The translations under genes and the position numbers were made by a program. This document shows, one piece after another, positions 1-11,911 of a DNA stretch of 64,000 nt. Every line of letters begins with the position of its first letter. The stretch's first letter is position 1. The notes under the pieces were generated by a model. The model did not search any database. It was not told the origin of the DNA and saw only the letters and a list, made by a program, of their open reading frames with translations. The DNA comes from Azolla caroliniana (Eukaryota > Plantae > Polypodiophyta): NCBI GenBank assembly GCA_043228905.1, contig JBHGNT010000006.1, forward strand, positions 2,046,001-2,110,000. Reading direction: 5' to 3'.

Positions 1-1528
1 ATTAGTTTACTAGTCATAATGAACTTATAGAGATAGTCAACAATGACCTATTTATGTCAAAGGAGCGAGGAGCTTCTACTAGTTTGAATTGTGACCATTC
101 CGAAACATTGAACTATGACTGAATTTACAATTCAAAGAAGTTAATTATTGTAATTATCTTTCCAAAGTATTATAGGGTGGAGTGAGGAAGTTAACCCCAT
201 AGTTCCACTTTAGCATTATTGCTTGGAGAATATATGCTGTGAATTCCACTTATCACAATTGCTTGTACAATATGTGTGACGAAGAAAATGTAGACTTTCA
301 AAATGTAACCTAGATACCTTATTAACGAGGATACATGGTAATTGATAATGGAATGTGGAAGTATGGGATGACAAGTCTTAGAGGCTTGGGCCAATCCATG
401 TGATGGTGGTGTCAATGAAATCATGACTTCGTGATGGGATGTGTAGGGCTATATTTCAAAGTTGAATATATTTAGAATCTAATGATTATAAACCTATGGC
501 AATATATTCACGTTAGGTTACCAATAATATTTTTCTTGGCCTGCAAGAGAGAGAGAGAGAGAGAGATATTTGGAACACGTAGTCCAACAACTTTTAACAT
601 GAGCATCCATCTTTGTTCATCACCAATTGATTCCTAAACAATTCTAAGCAAAACATAGTTGGGTCCCAGCATGTGATGAAGACGTGTTGTTATGTTTTAG
701 AGAATTACAAATTAACATATAAGCTAGATGGTGGAGGAGATCAACAAATATTGTTAATAAGGTTATTAATATATGGCTCCACTATGCATGAATGCTGAAA
801 TACATGGCATTGTTTATCTAGAAACTTTTGTGCCCTAGAAGAATCATTCTTCATGGAAAAATATGTCCTCATTTTCAAATTTTATTGCAAACTTGACCGG
901 TACATAGACAAATAAAATTCCCAAAAAATAGAATTCACCAAGTTCATACAATCATTCTTTAAAGACAAGTAACAAATATGGATAATGGGAGAATTTGTTC
1001 TTTCTTCTCTTTTTGATATTTATCTTGGGTTGGAGAATCTTGTGGAAATTATATACGTATGGAAGTCACAACATAGCCTCAAATCTTAGTAAATGCATTG
1101 TTTTGCTTTATGATACTCGGAGTTCAAATATTGCTATACATTCTAAGTTACTACATGCCGGCCTTAGGGTTCAACGGTTACTAGATTAGCACTAGCCTAG
1201 GTTCAACGCCTACTAGATTGCTTTATGTGTTGTATAAGTTTGGGGGGAGGGGGGGGTGCAATTTCTTAGAGTTTGTGGAAGCGACATGAATGACATACGT
1301 ACACATATGTACATGTATTTTTGTATATATACGGAGGAGAGAGAAAGAAAGAAAAATATATTAATGTCTTCTAAGACCAAAATTGGCCCACGAGACAATT
1401 GGTTTACAACAAAAATGGAGTATTTACCCATTCATCGAAAGTAAAAGTAAAAATAGAAATAAAATAGAACTTTAGCGAAAGAGTTCTAGTAAACAAACAT
1501 GTTTGATGGCTTTATACTAGGCCTAGTT

Positions 1529-2110
1529 TCATTTCCATTCAAGTCTCTTGAAAAGAAGTGGGAGGTCAAAAGGTTTCGATGTGGATGTGGCCCGTGATCC
1601 TAATGTAAAAGGTACCCCAACCATAGCTTCTAGGCGATGTAGCTTGCGTTCCCTTATCTTCTTAATTGTTTCTATTCCACGTCGAGTTGCTTTGAAGCCC
1701 AACATCCGAGGGCGTTTGGTTGTTCTTTGCATTTCTGCTTCATCAAGAGAGAGGCTAAGTGGTGTACATGTGTCCACATTCATCGTCTCCCCTTGTTCCT
1801 GAAAAATTACATTAGTTACATGTTGATGAATATTAAAATGGTTATGGTTAACACTTTGTAGTTTATTCTCCTTATGTTGTTTTAGCTCTAAGATATACGT
1901 ACCTAGTCTCTTTATATCCGGGGTATCTAATAGTTTGGAGAGGGTGGGAGATGGTCCATTCTCAATCTCAAGTTGGTGAGATGATATACTAAGTTGTCCA
2001 ATGGCCACCCTTAATGCATTTTATAAGAATGTATCTAGATATTTTTGGTCGTGTAATAAAACCTAACTTAGAGAAGTGTAGGAAGTGTTCCTTAATAGTA
2101 CAACATTTTA
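1529..2110 (-). mobile_element. Decayed 3' end of a non-LTR retrotransposon (LINE) ORF
   Basis: The ORF 2008-1529 begins AIGQLSISSHQLEIENG, matching the QLRxSSHxLxIExG motif that precedes the C-terminal zinc knuckle of LINE ORF2. It continues LSKLLDTPDIKRLGTYILELKQH. The knuckle itself appears deleted. A similar motif (VTIGQLR) occurs near 6100. Confidence 0.65.
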
Positions 2111-3012
2111 GAACATTTTAGATGGGAGTGGCTCTTCTAGGCTGATCCATTTAGAGAGAGAGAGAGAGAGAGAGAGAGAATAGGACTGTTTCAAGGAAGA
2201 CGCCAAATCCTTTCTTTTCTTTTTACCATTTCTCCTGTGTTGTACCTGATTCAACCAGGTTTGTTGTTGTTGCTGTTGTTGCAGAATAAAGAAGTGAAGG
2301 ATCCGTTCTGTCTCAGCTGTGATCATCTCCGATTCACCCAAGAAGAAGAACAGAACAAGGTATCACTTTCTTCTCTTACCTTTTCAGACTCATCCTACTC
2401 CTTTCCTTCTAGGGTCTCAGTTCCAGTGTTCGGGACAAATACCTGTTATCTCTTTCACTAAACTTTATATATCCCAGGGAACGAAATCCATAACAATTTG
2501 TAAATTTCTCTTCTGGATTTGTGGCTCTCTCTCATTTTCTGCAGTTTGCAGTTCAAGCTATTAATTTGTATGTGAATGAGAGCATAATTCTTGCTAAATA
2601 TGTATATTTGTTGCTAAATTCCCTCCAATTTTCGCATATGATCAGAAAATCATATGTCGTTACCATGATTTCTGATCGTTCTTTCTTACTGTTTATATAT
2701 AAAGCAGTGGTTGACGTTTCTCTTTCTGAACCATTTCTCCACTGTTGCACTCTAGACTTTTTGGATAGGAATCCTTTTATATGAAACCACTCTACAATTT
2801 ACTGGAAGTCTCAAGAAGTTATTGTACAACTCTTGCAAGCATTCTCTCCTAAAGTTTTGAGAGAGATGCAATAAATGAAATAAAATGAAATGCTATATAA
2901 GAGTTTTCAAATTACAGACGTTTAGAGAAACAGAGAGATTGTATTTAAAAATCTTTTTGACTTTCCGACAGGATCTGGTAGATCTGCTATTATATAAGGG
3001 GTTTATAAAGCT

Positions 3013-4273
3013 ATGGGCGCCCGTTTCTCTCATTCGTATGTCTAGATGATTCATTCCAATATTTCTTCCACTTCTTTCGGGTTGCATCAGCTATTGACCT
3101 CTCTTGTTTTTGTTTATGTAGTAGCTTTAATGTCTCTCATGATGAAAACCATGAGAATAATGGAAAGGTGCATGAAATCAAAGATAATAGTGATTGGAAT
3201 GCTAAGCTCCAGGACGCCACTAGCAAGGGGAAAGTGGTATGTCATGATGCTACTCACGCAGTAATTATTTTTTTAGCTAGAAATCACAATCATCATAAAA
3301 ACACTGATGAAAAATCTAGCCTAAAATGTGAATCTTTATAAATGTCAGAAAGCATTGGTGATCAATGTGAGCTGACTTAGATGCATGATGGACTGCTTGG
3401 TTTTTGTTAACATAGGGAACCATCATTGAAATAACCCAAAATGCAATACTCTTGAGGTTTCAGTAACACCAACAATCTCATATTGTTTCTTATTGGGTTT
3501 TTGCTGTCCTTTGTGAATTTTTATCACCATTGTGCTTGAGATTTTTTGAAAATTTTCTTCATTAGTCAACATGTTTGATAAGTCTCAATAGCTCAACAAA
3601 GATCGTCAAACGATAAGTTTGTTTAAGTTCTCTTTATATGCATTGGATATAGGTCGTGGTTGATTTTACTGCAACCTGGTGTGGACCTTGCCACTTCATA
3701 CGTCCTTTCTTTGCTGAGTTATCAGACAAGTATTCAAACTTGGTCTTCCTGAGAGTGGATGTTGACAAGCACAGTGTAAGTGCAAAGTGAATATTGAGGA
3801 TTTGGAGAGGAAGATATACATAAGGGAAAACTCTAAAATCCCTGTTTTTTTTCTTTATTTCACCAAGTACCCTAATTTTTCATTGTTTCCCTAAATGTTG
3901 TGCGACCCCCACCTTGAGCAATCGCATTGTCCACTCATCCCCTTTCTCCTTTCAGGAAATTTGACAAAAGTCACTATAGAAAAACTCGGGTTTGGAACTT
4001 TCACCCAAATACAATCGAGAGAGGATAAAATAGAATAAATGTTTTGTCTTCCATGATGAGGCCAAATTTGATCTATTTGGTACTTCTTTCTAATAAGGAG
4101 AGCTGTAGAGAGAATTTTATATGCAGGATATAACTGAAGAATATAAGGTCCATGCAATGCCGACCTTTGTGTTCATTTTCAACTCTGAAATCAAAGACAG
4201 GCTGGTGGGTGCAAATAAAGGAGAGCTTGAGAAAAAGGTAAAGCAGTTCTCAACGAATGCTGCTTCAGCTTAG
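3013..4273 (+). CDS. Thioredoxin h-type, 4 coding exons (3013-3035, 3122 or 3125-3236, 3653-3775, 4127-4273), about 135 aa
   Basis: Spliced product MGARFSHS(S)[94 protein letters not shown]...[30 protein letters not shown] active site at 3677-3691, cis-Pro motif AMPTF, in-phase GT-AG introns. A 5'UTR intron is likely at ~2360-2971. Confidence 0.93.
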
Positions 4274-5171
4274 TTTCTTCAACGTCAACATTTCATTGTT
4301 TCATGAAAGGTGTTTTTGAGATATAGATTCTATAAAAATCCAATTAGAATTTGAGATTCTGTCACATGTCTAGGAGCCTTTGGTATTAGAACCATTGCTC
4401 CACTTCAAAATGTGTTAATATTTTAGAGTAAGTGCTTCAAACACACGATATTTACAAAAACGAAATATTTCAGGAGTTTCAGACCTAAATACTTTAAGAA
4501 TAGCTACATATCTATTTTCCATTTTATCATGTTGTGTAAGGTACAAGCAATGTTATGATTCCAATTGTTGTTATTAACATTCAACCTCAACTCAAGCACA
4601 GTTGAGATTCCATTTTTAGGAGTGAATCGAAAATTTCAAGCCAAATTCATAACAGTTCCCCATAAATCGTAACAGTTTCAGAATTGAACCATAATCCGTT
4701 CAATTGCGTACAAATATGCAGACTTCTTTAACAGCATAACTTCATCCTATCAACAGCATCTTAAGTTTGGAAGCTTTTGAAACGTACAAGACTTTGACAA
4801 ATGAATCTCACCATCCAAGAGGAAACCTGCAATTCACTCACAACTAAATCAACTAGAACCCAATCTTATATCTATATTCCACTTGTATGCTTCGTTGGGG
4901 CTGTTTGAAGTATTAGATGAGAGGATCCCATAAAACTGGAGCTCTAATTACAGCAATTTTTTTTTAATTTCTTTTACTCCCTCTACAATCTCTCAACAAA
5001 AGAAATTATTCAAAGAAATTACTCCCTCTGTACTCCAGGACAAATTAATTAAAAATTGCATACATCAGCACTGCACATATGCCTCACTAAAAAATACAGT
5101 GCTAAAGTACTACTGATTATACCCATTCTCTCTCATATTCACTCAGCCTATCCCTGCTGTTCAATTTTCGA

Positions 5172-5322
5172 ATTTCTCACTCCCATACCCTTGGTTCATA
5201 AATCTGGTTACAGCCTTTTTGAGGACAATAATACATTGCTGTCATTTCTCACTCCCATACCCTTGGTTCATAAATCTGGTTACAGCCTTTTTGAGGACAA
5301 TAATACATTGCTGTCATTTCTC
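5172..5322. repeat. Perfect 72-bp tandem duplication
   Basis: atttctcactcccatacccttggttcataaatctgg...acattgctgtc starts at 5172 and 5244, with a partial third start at 5316. Confidence 0.95.
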
Positions 5323-5879
5323 TCCTTTATTACCCTTGATATTGGTGCTATATGCCAGTACTTTCCTTGATATTGGGGCTATATGCCAGAGGTAAACTAT
5401 GTTTTTAGCAGCACATCAGAGTTCCAATTTGGTAGATGCTGCAGAATGTAGGGGTTACGCACATGAAAACCTTATCAGCAGGTCTCTAACTAGAAAGGTG
5501 CTGATTATGGCGGCTGATATTATGGTTGAGATCGTTGGGAGACACTAAATACTAGAATTTGAAGCATGGAACCATCTGAAGGATGCATAATTTAACATAG
5601 ACCCACATTGTAAATATAGTACACGTGATTCAGTTATCAATACTTTGATTAACGTGAGTGTCATGCCACTAATTATTTGTCACACTGCAAGAAAAGGTGC
5701 TAGCACTATTGTCTACATTTTGGCCACACAATGGTTTGGAATGGATCACACAGTGTTTGAAATGGAGGCAGGTGCCCAAACTCAGATCACACATGCATTC
5801 ATCATGGGTTAGAAATTTTGAGTACAATGTTTGAAATAGAGGCAGGTTCCTGGACTTGATTAATGTATCATGCATGTGA

Positions 5880-6215
5880 AGTTAGATCGCCTATACTAGA
5901 AACGATTCAACCTATGATTACATAGTAGAAATAGGGTGATCAGGCAAGAGAGGCAGCATTTTATGTGGATTAATCCACAACAGCCACTGCCACATAAGAT
6001 GCTGTACTACAAAGCGCTTTTTCTCAACATACACCAGGGTTTGATCAACTTAGCTCACTACATGGATGTCTACATGCCACATCATACTAGAGTAACGATT
6101 GGCCAGCTTAGATATTAGGATGCCACATCAAACTATGTGGAGGATGTAATATGCAAACTCTGCCAAGTAAAGGTGAAGAGTGAGGGGACCCTATGTTTGT
6201 AGATGCCCTACACAG
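5880..6215 (+). mobile_element. Decayed LINE ORF2 C-terminal fragment (zinc-knuckle region)
   Basis: Translates KMLYYKALFL...AHYMDVYMPHHTRVTIGQLR, then after a disruption ICKLCQVKVKSE, resembling the LINE CCHC knuckle. Contains stops and frameshifts. Confidence 0.65.
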
Positions 6216-6554
6216 GGCTCAGAGCATCAGCTTAGATGACAGAGACCCTAACAGTGACGAAGAGAAGGATACACAGTATGATAATGTAAGACTAGGCCTA
6301 ATTGATTGAGGTTTTCATCATACATAGGCACTAGAGTTCCCACGCTTATGACGTTCATGTGCATATCTTCATTATATCAAAGCCATTTATATCATACAGC
6401 ATCTGAGATTCCTTCCTCATCCAAGTACCTTTTCATACTAGATCAACTCATGAAGGATAGTTTTAGAGGGCAGCAATTTCCGTTCCAATTATCAGAATCA
6501 TGGCTTTATGAGAAGAGATGTTTGAAAAAAGTGCTATGTGAGTCCTTCAATGTG

Positions 6555-7045
6555 TTTGGAAGCAATATCTGGGCTAAAAAAGGGTGCATCCTCTTGCACA
6601 CTCCAAGTCTTGAACCAGAAGCCTGAAACGAGTGAATTGCACCTCCAAGCCTTCTCTATTACAATGCTTTGATACAAGTGAATGGGAACATGGGCCAAAA
6701 AATGGTGCACCCTCATGCACATTCTATTTATCCTATGTATAACCACTTAAATGGTTTCATCGTGCAATGAGCAACTCCTAGGACCAGTCTTAAGCAAACA
6801 TTTGGTCATGTTACTTCTCTATGCAGATGATGTGATGCTCTTTTGGCAGTATGTTAAAGTCTTCCACATTTGCTTCACATTGTTGAGAATTTTTGTAAAG
6901 AGAAAAGCTTATCGATGAACGTAGAGACAAATACATGTTGGCCAAGACCAAGCAGCAAGATGTTCACTCATGCCTCATCTACAGGGGTGAACCTATCAAA
7001 TCTGTGAGCCCTTTCAAAACATAGGCATTGATTTCCCCCAAGCAT
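6555..7045 (+). mobile_element. LINE reverse transcriptase fragment (decayed)
   Basis: LVMLLLYADDVML with catalytic YADD at 6820-6831. Degenerate GVKQGCP-like segments upstream (~6570, ~6690), FCKEKSLSMN and IYRGEPIKSVSPFK downstream. Frameshifted. Confidence 0.8.
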
Positions 7046-7250
7046 AGAGCGTCTGAGTTCGTCTGAGTTCTTTCAAATACGTGGCAATGAATTCCTACCA
7101 ACCATAATTGGGGCACAATGCATAAAACTTCAGATGCTACTACATCTTTGAATTCGAATGCAATCTCAATACCCTTCAAATATGGCCAAGAAAGATCCAA
7201 CATTTCAATGCACGAGCAAATCTCTGTAATGTCATCTTCTGATCAAGGTG

Positions 7251-7435
7251 ACCACACTATACTCAAGGATGTGATTCCACAAGTATGCGTTAAATGCAGA
7301 GCACATGGAAACACATCACCAACAAATCCAAGCTTGGGATGCAACCACATTATACTCAATGATGTAATTCCACAAGTATGTGTTTAATGCAGAGGATATG
7401 GAAGCATGTCACCAACCAATCCAAGCTTGGGATGC
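7251..7435. repeat. 93-bp tandem duplication (diverged)
   Basis: accaca(c/t)tatactcaa..gatgt.attccacaagtatg...atccaagcttgggatgc at 7251 and 7344. Confidence 0.9.
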
Positions 7436-7773
7436 TAGCATCAAAACACAGAAGAAAAATCACCGCAAAATTTGTTCTTCTCGTTGCGCACACAACACAA
7501 ATTGTTTACATGCCGGAATGTGGCAACACCATAATCTCACGATAGACATTGAATCAGCAACAGTTCAGTTTCAGCTTAAGGCTTGTCCAAACCAAACCGG
7601 TTAAGTTTTAACTGGTTTAGAGGAGTTCAAACCTGAACCAAGCTCTTAACCGGTTAGTAAACTGGTTCGATGTTTTGCTTCTAATTCTTGAAATGGTATC
7701 TTTTAATTCTCTCTCTCTCTCTCTCTGGGAACTAATAATCTTGCATGATTGTCTTTTGTCTACATACAGCTAC

Positions 7774-8017
7774 CCTCCACCTATGCATTGTGATCTCATT
7801 GAGTTGAAAATGTGTGTCATCAGCATACAGAAAAGACTGTCATTTTTCATAGTATAACTATCCTCTACCTACGCATTGTGATGTCATTGGTTGATAATGT
7901 GCGTCATCAGCATGAAGAAAAGACTGTCAGTTTTCATAGTACAACTATCCTCTACCTGTGCATTGTGATGTCAGCTTCAGAGTTGATAATGTGTGTCATC
8001 AGTATGAAGAAAAGACT
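7774..8017. repeat. About 88-bp minisatellite, ~2.8 copies
   Basis: cctc(c/t)acct..gcattgtgat...gtcatcag.at...gaaaagact units start at 7774, 7862 and 7949. Confidence 0.9.
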
Positions 8018-8146
8018 TTCGATTACCTTACATTTCCTGGTCAGCAGAAACATCAAATGTGGTTTCCTTTAATTCCCATCTCCTATAATATTCATGACTA
8101 CGACCTAGAACCGTATATATTGCAAGGATATATGCAACATGGTACA

Positions 8147-8473
8147 AGAAGAATATAGAAGTAAAGACGAACAATTAAAACAATTAAGAAGACAAGATTC
8201 TTACAGTTCTCACATTACTTAATACATAGGCTCGCCTGCTGTTTGATCTGCAACAAGACCAGAAATATAAGAGTTTTAGAAATTTCACATCCTCATCAAA
8301 ATTATTAACTGCCCTACATGTTCTCACAGAAGAATATAGAAGTAAAGAGAAACAATTAAAATAATTAAGAGGACAAGATTCTTACAGTTCTCACATTAGT
8401 CAATACGTAGGCTCGCCTGCTGTTTGATCTGCAACAAGACCAGAAACATAAGAGTTTTAGAAATTTCACATCC
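8147..8473. repeat. Tandem duplication with 181-bp period
   Basis: agaagaatatagaagtaaaga...ggctcgcctgctgtttgatctgcaacaagaccagaaa...aatttcacatcct at 8147 and 8328. Confidence 0.92.
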
Positions 8474-8745
8474 TTATCTAAATTATCAAATACCCTGAAT
8501 GTGTGGGCATATGTAAAGGTTTTTATTCGAAACCCTAAAACATTTTGTGTAGTTGAGAAACACATGCGAAAAACATTTCACATAGTGACACCTGTAAACA
8601 ATACTTAAAAAGAGCACAAAACCAAAATTCCACACTTACTAAAATAGCCCTGCATTTTCAAAAATTACTTGAATACGCGTTTGCAACAGCAACTTTTGTA
8701 CTGCCTTAGGTGTATTGCGGTAAGTTGTGTACTACCTAGGTAATT

Positions 8746-8868
8746 GCTATTTACCAAAATACACCTCTGCTTTCAAAATTTACCACGCTATCTCCAGGTA
8801 GAATTAAGTATTGCAAAATGGTATTTTGGGTAAACTTGAAAACTAGATTAGAGGTGTGGTAAATAGCG
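8746..8868. mobile_element. Foldback / MITE-like inverted repeat
   Basis: gctatttacc(aaaat)acacctct (8746-8768) pairs with agaggtgtggtaaatagc (~8850-8868). Inner tttcaaaatttacc pairs with ggtaaacttgaaa. No clear TSD. Confidence 0.55.
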
Positions 8869-8913
8869 AATAATCTATAGAAATTTTCCCTCAGAATAGA
8901 GATATTTCAAAAC

Positions 8914-9432
8914 TCAAACTTGAAATGCAAGCACCACATCATGAGCGCCAGACATTTCTCCTCTAGCCTTGTGGAATCCCAGAGTCCTCGCATTCTCTTT
9001 CAAAATTAATTCAAAAAGATCTTCATAATCCGATTTCACAGCTATACAATCCTCCCTTTTACAATTTGGATACGAACAATCCTTCAACTGAAGAGCTTGC
9101 ACAATGGCAGGAGCAATGGCTATCGTGGAGGTCCCTACTCCAAAAGTGTTAACAAAAAGAACCTTCCCCGCCATAGCTATTTTCTTGCTTAAATGAAGAG
9201 GAAATTTCACGACTCCTTCATTCGCAACCTCAAAGCTCACACCTTCAGGGCTTTCTTTAAGCATTTTGTCAACTTCCACATCCGACGGAGTATCAAAAGC
9301 TTTTCTTATGGTATGATGAAGATAAAGCAAGAAGAATTTCCTTAAAGTAACATACTCTCGATTCGCACCTTCAACAAACTTCGCAGTCATGTTCTGAAGA
9401 TCTGAAATGATCACAGATCTCTCTTTCAACAC
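8914..9432 (-). CDS. Uncharacterised protein-coding exon/ORF (172 codons; first ATG at 9390 gives 158 aa)
   Basis: Long stop-free frame in AT-rich DNA with natural amino-acid composition. It starts immediately after a tgtag acceptor (9433), with a (CT)n leader-like tract upstream on the same strand (9721-9770). Family not recognised. Confidence 0.55.
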   Translation of the reverse strand: MLKERSVIISDLQNMTAKFVEGANREYVTLRKFFLLYLHHTIRKAFDTPSDVEVDKMLKESPEGVSFEVANEGVVKFPLHLSKKIAMAGKVLFVNTFGVGTSTIAIAPAIVQALQLKDCSYPNCKREDCIAVKSDYEDLFELILKENARTLGFHKARGEMSGAHDVVLAFQV

Positions 9433-9717
9433 CTACATTGATTCGAGACGAGAAATAGGGGATGGTGGAATCACCAGATTCTAACCTATTCTTATGTAAG
9501 TTCACATCATTGCAGAGAATGCGAAAGGCTGTCTGCCAATCTCGATTCTATGCGCCGATTTCAGCTGTCCATCTGTTTCCATTCTGGGTGAAGACGCATT
9601 CGAACATGAGGAGCCGAAGGTTGTTGAGGTAGAGACGACGAAAGATGGAAGAAATGGCGGATGAACGTTGTGGAGAGAGGTGGAGATGAAGGCGAGGATT
9701 TTGTGTATATTCGGAGC

Positions 9718-9720
<3 letters not shown>

Positions 9721-9770
<50 letters not shown>
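9721..9770. repeat. (GA)25 microsatellite
   Basis: Seen directly. Confidence 0.98.
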
Positions 9771-9775
<5 letters not shown>

Positions 9776-10015
9776 CTTTCTGGCGAGGAAAGCTGCCATG
9801 GCTATGGTGTGTCACAAGTCTACAGAGGGGAGTGACTGTGAGTATGTATGTATGTAGTTTGTTTGTTTGTTGTAGGAGAAGGACTTTAGGAATTGACAAA
9901 AGAAGTTATTAATTTAGGCCTGAAACACAAGAGTGTGAGAAAAAAATTGCTGCTCTGAGTCCTCATGAGCATGGCTTGGTTTTTCTGAATTCTCAATACC
10001 TGCCCCTGCCCATAG

Positions 10016-10432
10016 GTCAGATCTATCTCTAAACACGACGAGGTGGTGTTTCTCATGTCCCGAGGGTATAGCCAAGCTGGGCATGACTACACATATTACT
10101 ACATTGTTGAGGTGTTGTAGCCTGTGAGGAAGGCTTTGCAAGTGCTCGTCATTTGGACAAGAACCATGGCTATCTATAGTTATGGTTGAGAACATGAAGA
10201 AGACGAAGAAGAAGTGGCGGAGAAATATGCTCCTTTCGGCAAATATGGTAAGGTGCATGTACCCCGTGAGGTTTTACACATGTGCTTCGTTGGCTATGGC
10301 AGAAGAGAAGACATAAAGGAAACATGTTTCTTTATGCGATTGTGTTCGTCCAAGGAGGAATGGAAGAGGAAGAGGAAGAAGCTTGAGCTCATTGAAATGT
10401 TACTTGGTTTTTTTACGGTTATACCAATTTGA
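10016..10432 (+). pseudogene. Possible decayed coding relic with an RRM-like segment
   Basis: After a ccatag acceptor, a ~138-codon frame with two stops includes PFGKYGKVHVPREVLHMCFVGYGRRED, loosely resembling RRM FxKYGKV..PR...FVxY..REDA. Confidence 0.3.
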
Positions 10433-10514
10433 AAATGCATTTTCAGAATGGCACGTTCCATAGGGATATGACAAAATGTAATATAAATAGCAAACTCTAG
10501 GGCTTGAAGTTAAC

Positions 10515-10581
10515 TGATAGTTGTTTGTGAGCATTCCCTTTTAAAGGTGATAGTTGTTTGTGAGCATTCCCTTTTAAAGGT
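10515..10581. repeat. Perfect 33-bp tandem duplication
   Basis: tgatagttgtttgtgagcattcccttttaaagg at 10515 and 10548. Confidence 0.95.
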
Positions 10582-11911
10582 TATCGTTATTGTTTACACT
10601 CTTGGTATTGTGGCAATATCATATACATAAATGTTAATTGATTGTACATTTTTCTAGAATAGCCCTAGATAGCATATGACAAATTATGGTGAATACATTT
10701 GGAGGGTATATCCAACCGAAAGATGTTGATGGAGGCCTTGTGTCTTTTGTTTCACCTAGAAAACTAAAAAACATTATGTGCAATGCATTCTCTCTTATTT
10801 GCAAACATTGCTATCACCATACTCATTAGACCAACTTTACTATTGTGAGAGAGCTTTGTTTAGCAATTATTAGTAGATTATAACAAAAACTATGAACATA
10901 ATCTATTAAAATATATTGCGTTGCTTCTTTTCAAACAGACTTTCAAAAGCCATAGATTAACGAGAGGCAACACAATGATATTAACCAGCCCAACTCAGGT
11001 GAAGAATGGTGATCTTGATAGAGCTCAATGATTTTACATGAGTACGTTTGTTGAAACTATATAATTGATCAAAGGTTGGCATTCAACTATAATAAAAGGT
11101 AACATACAAAGACACCTTCACCCATGACCAAAAAGCAAACTTATACCACATTCAAAACAAAAGAAGGTTATCCTTAGCATATGCAAGCACAATTTAATTT
11201 TGTTGTTGCATAAGAAGAAAAAGCGAAAGATAAAAAGTACATACATGTGTAACATTAGGATGGGCCTTATCTAGCTTTCCATGCCAAACACCATAGTTTC
11301 ACAGTTGGGTCTTATTCTAGTGTACATTATAAGAAAAGAATGAAACTTTTGATTCCTATTATGAGCAAAAAAACTGAATGAGTCCTCTTTTAATTATATT
11401 CATATTTTCATTTTGTCCTACAGCCTTGTATTGGCATGCTTAACAAAATACACATCATAACATCACTTATAAGGTTCAGCCCACAAAGAAAAGAGTGATT
11501 TTTTGTCATTTAAAATAATACACAAAGTGGCATTGTATGAAATACACACTTTGGTGTCCATTTTACATGATGTTTTAAGATTGATTCAATCTATAACAGT
11601 GTACTGGTTGCTGAACCAAGTCCAAGGTGCACCTTACATCCTTTGCATGAATCCAACAATGAAAGAATGACTCAATTATGAGCAAGAGTGATCGTCACTT
11701 ATGTTCATATTTACATGATGTTTACAATTCCACTGCACTCTGCAGCAAAACCATGGATGGGTATGGAATCAATGTGACCTTCCAAACAACACCAGTATTG
11801 ACATAAATGGAGCCTATTTACCTTGCTGGTGTTAATAAAACATATAGATATTACAACCTATCTATATAGTTAACCATGCATTATGACATTAAGGCTACAC
11901 TTATACATTAA

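Noticed and set aside
1529-2008. 159-aa ORF as a host gene
   Set aside because: Better explained as the C-terminal tail of a LINE ORF2.
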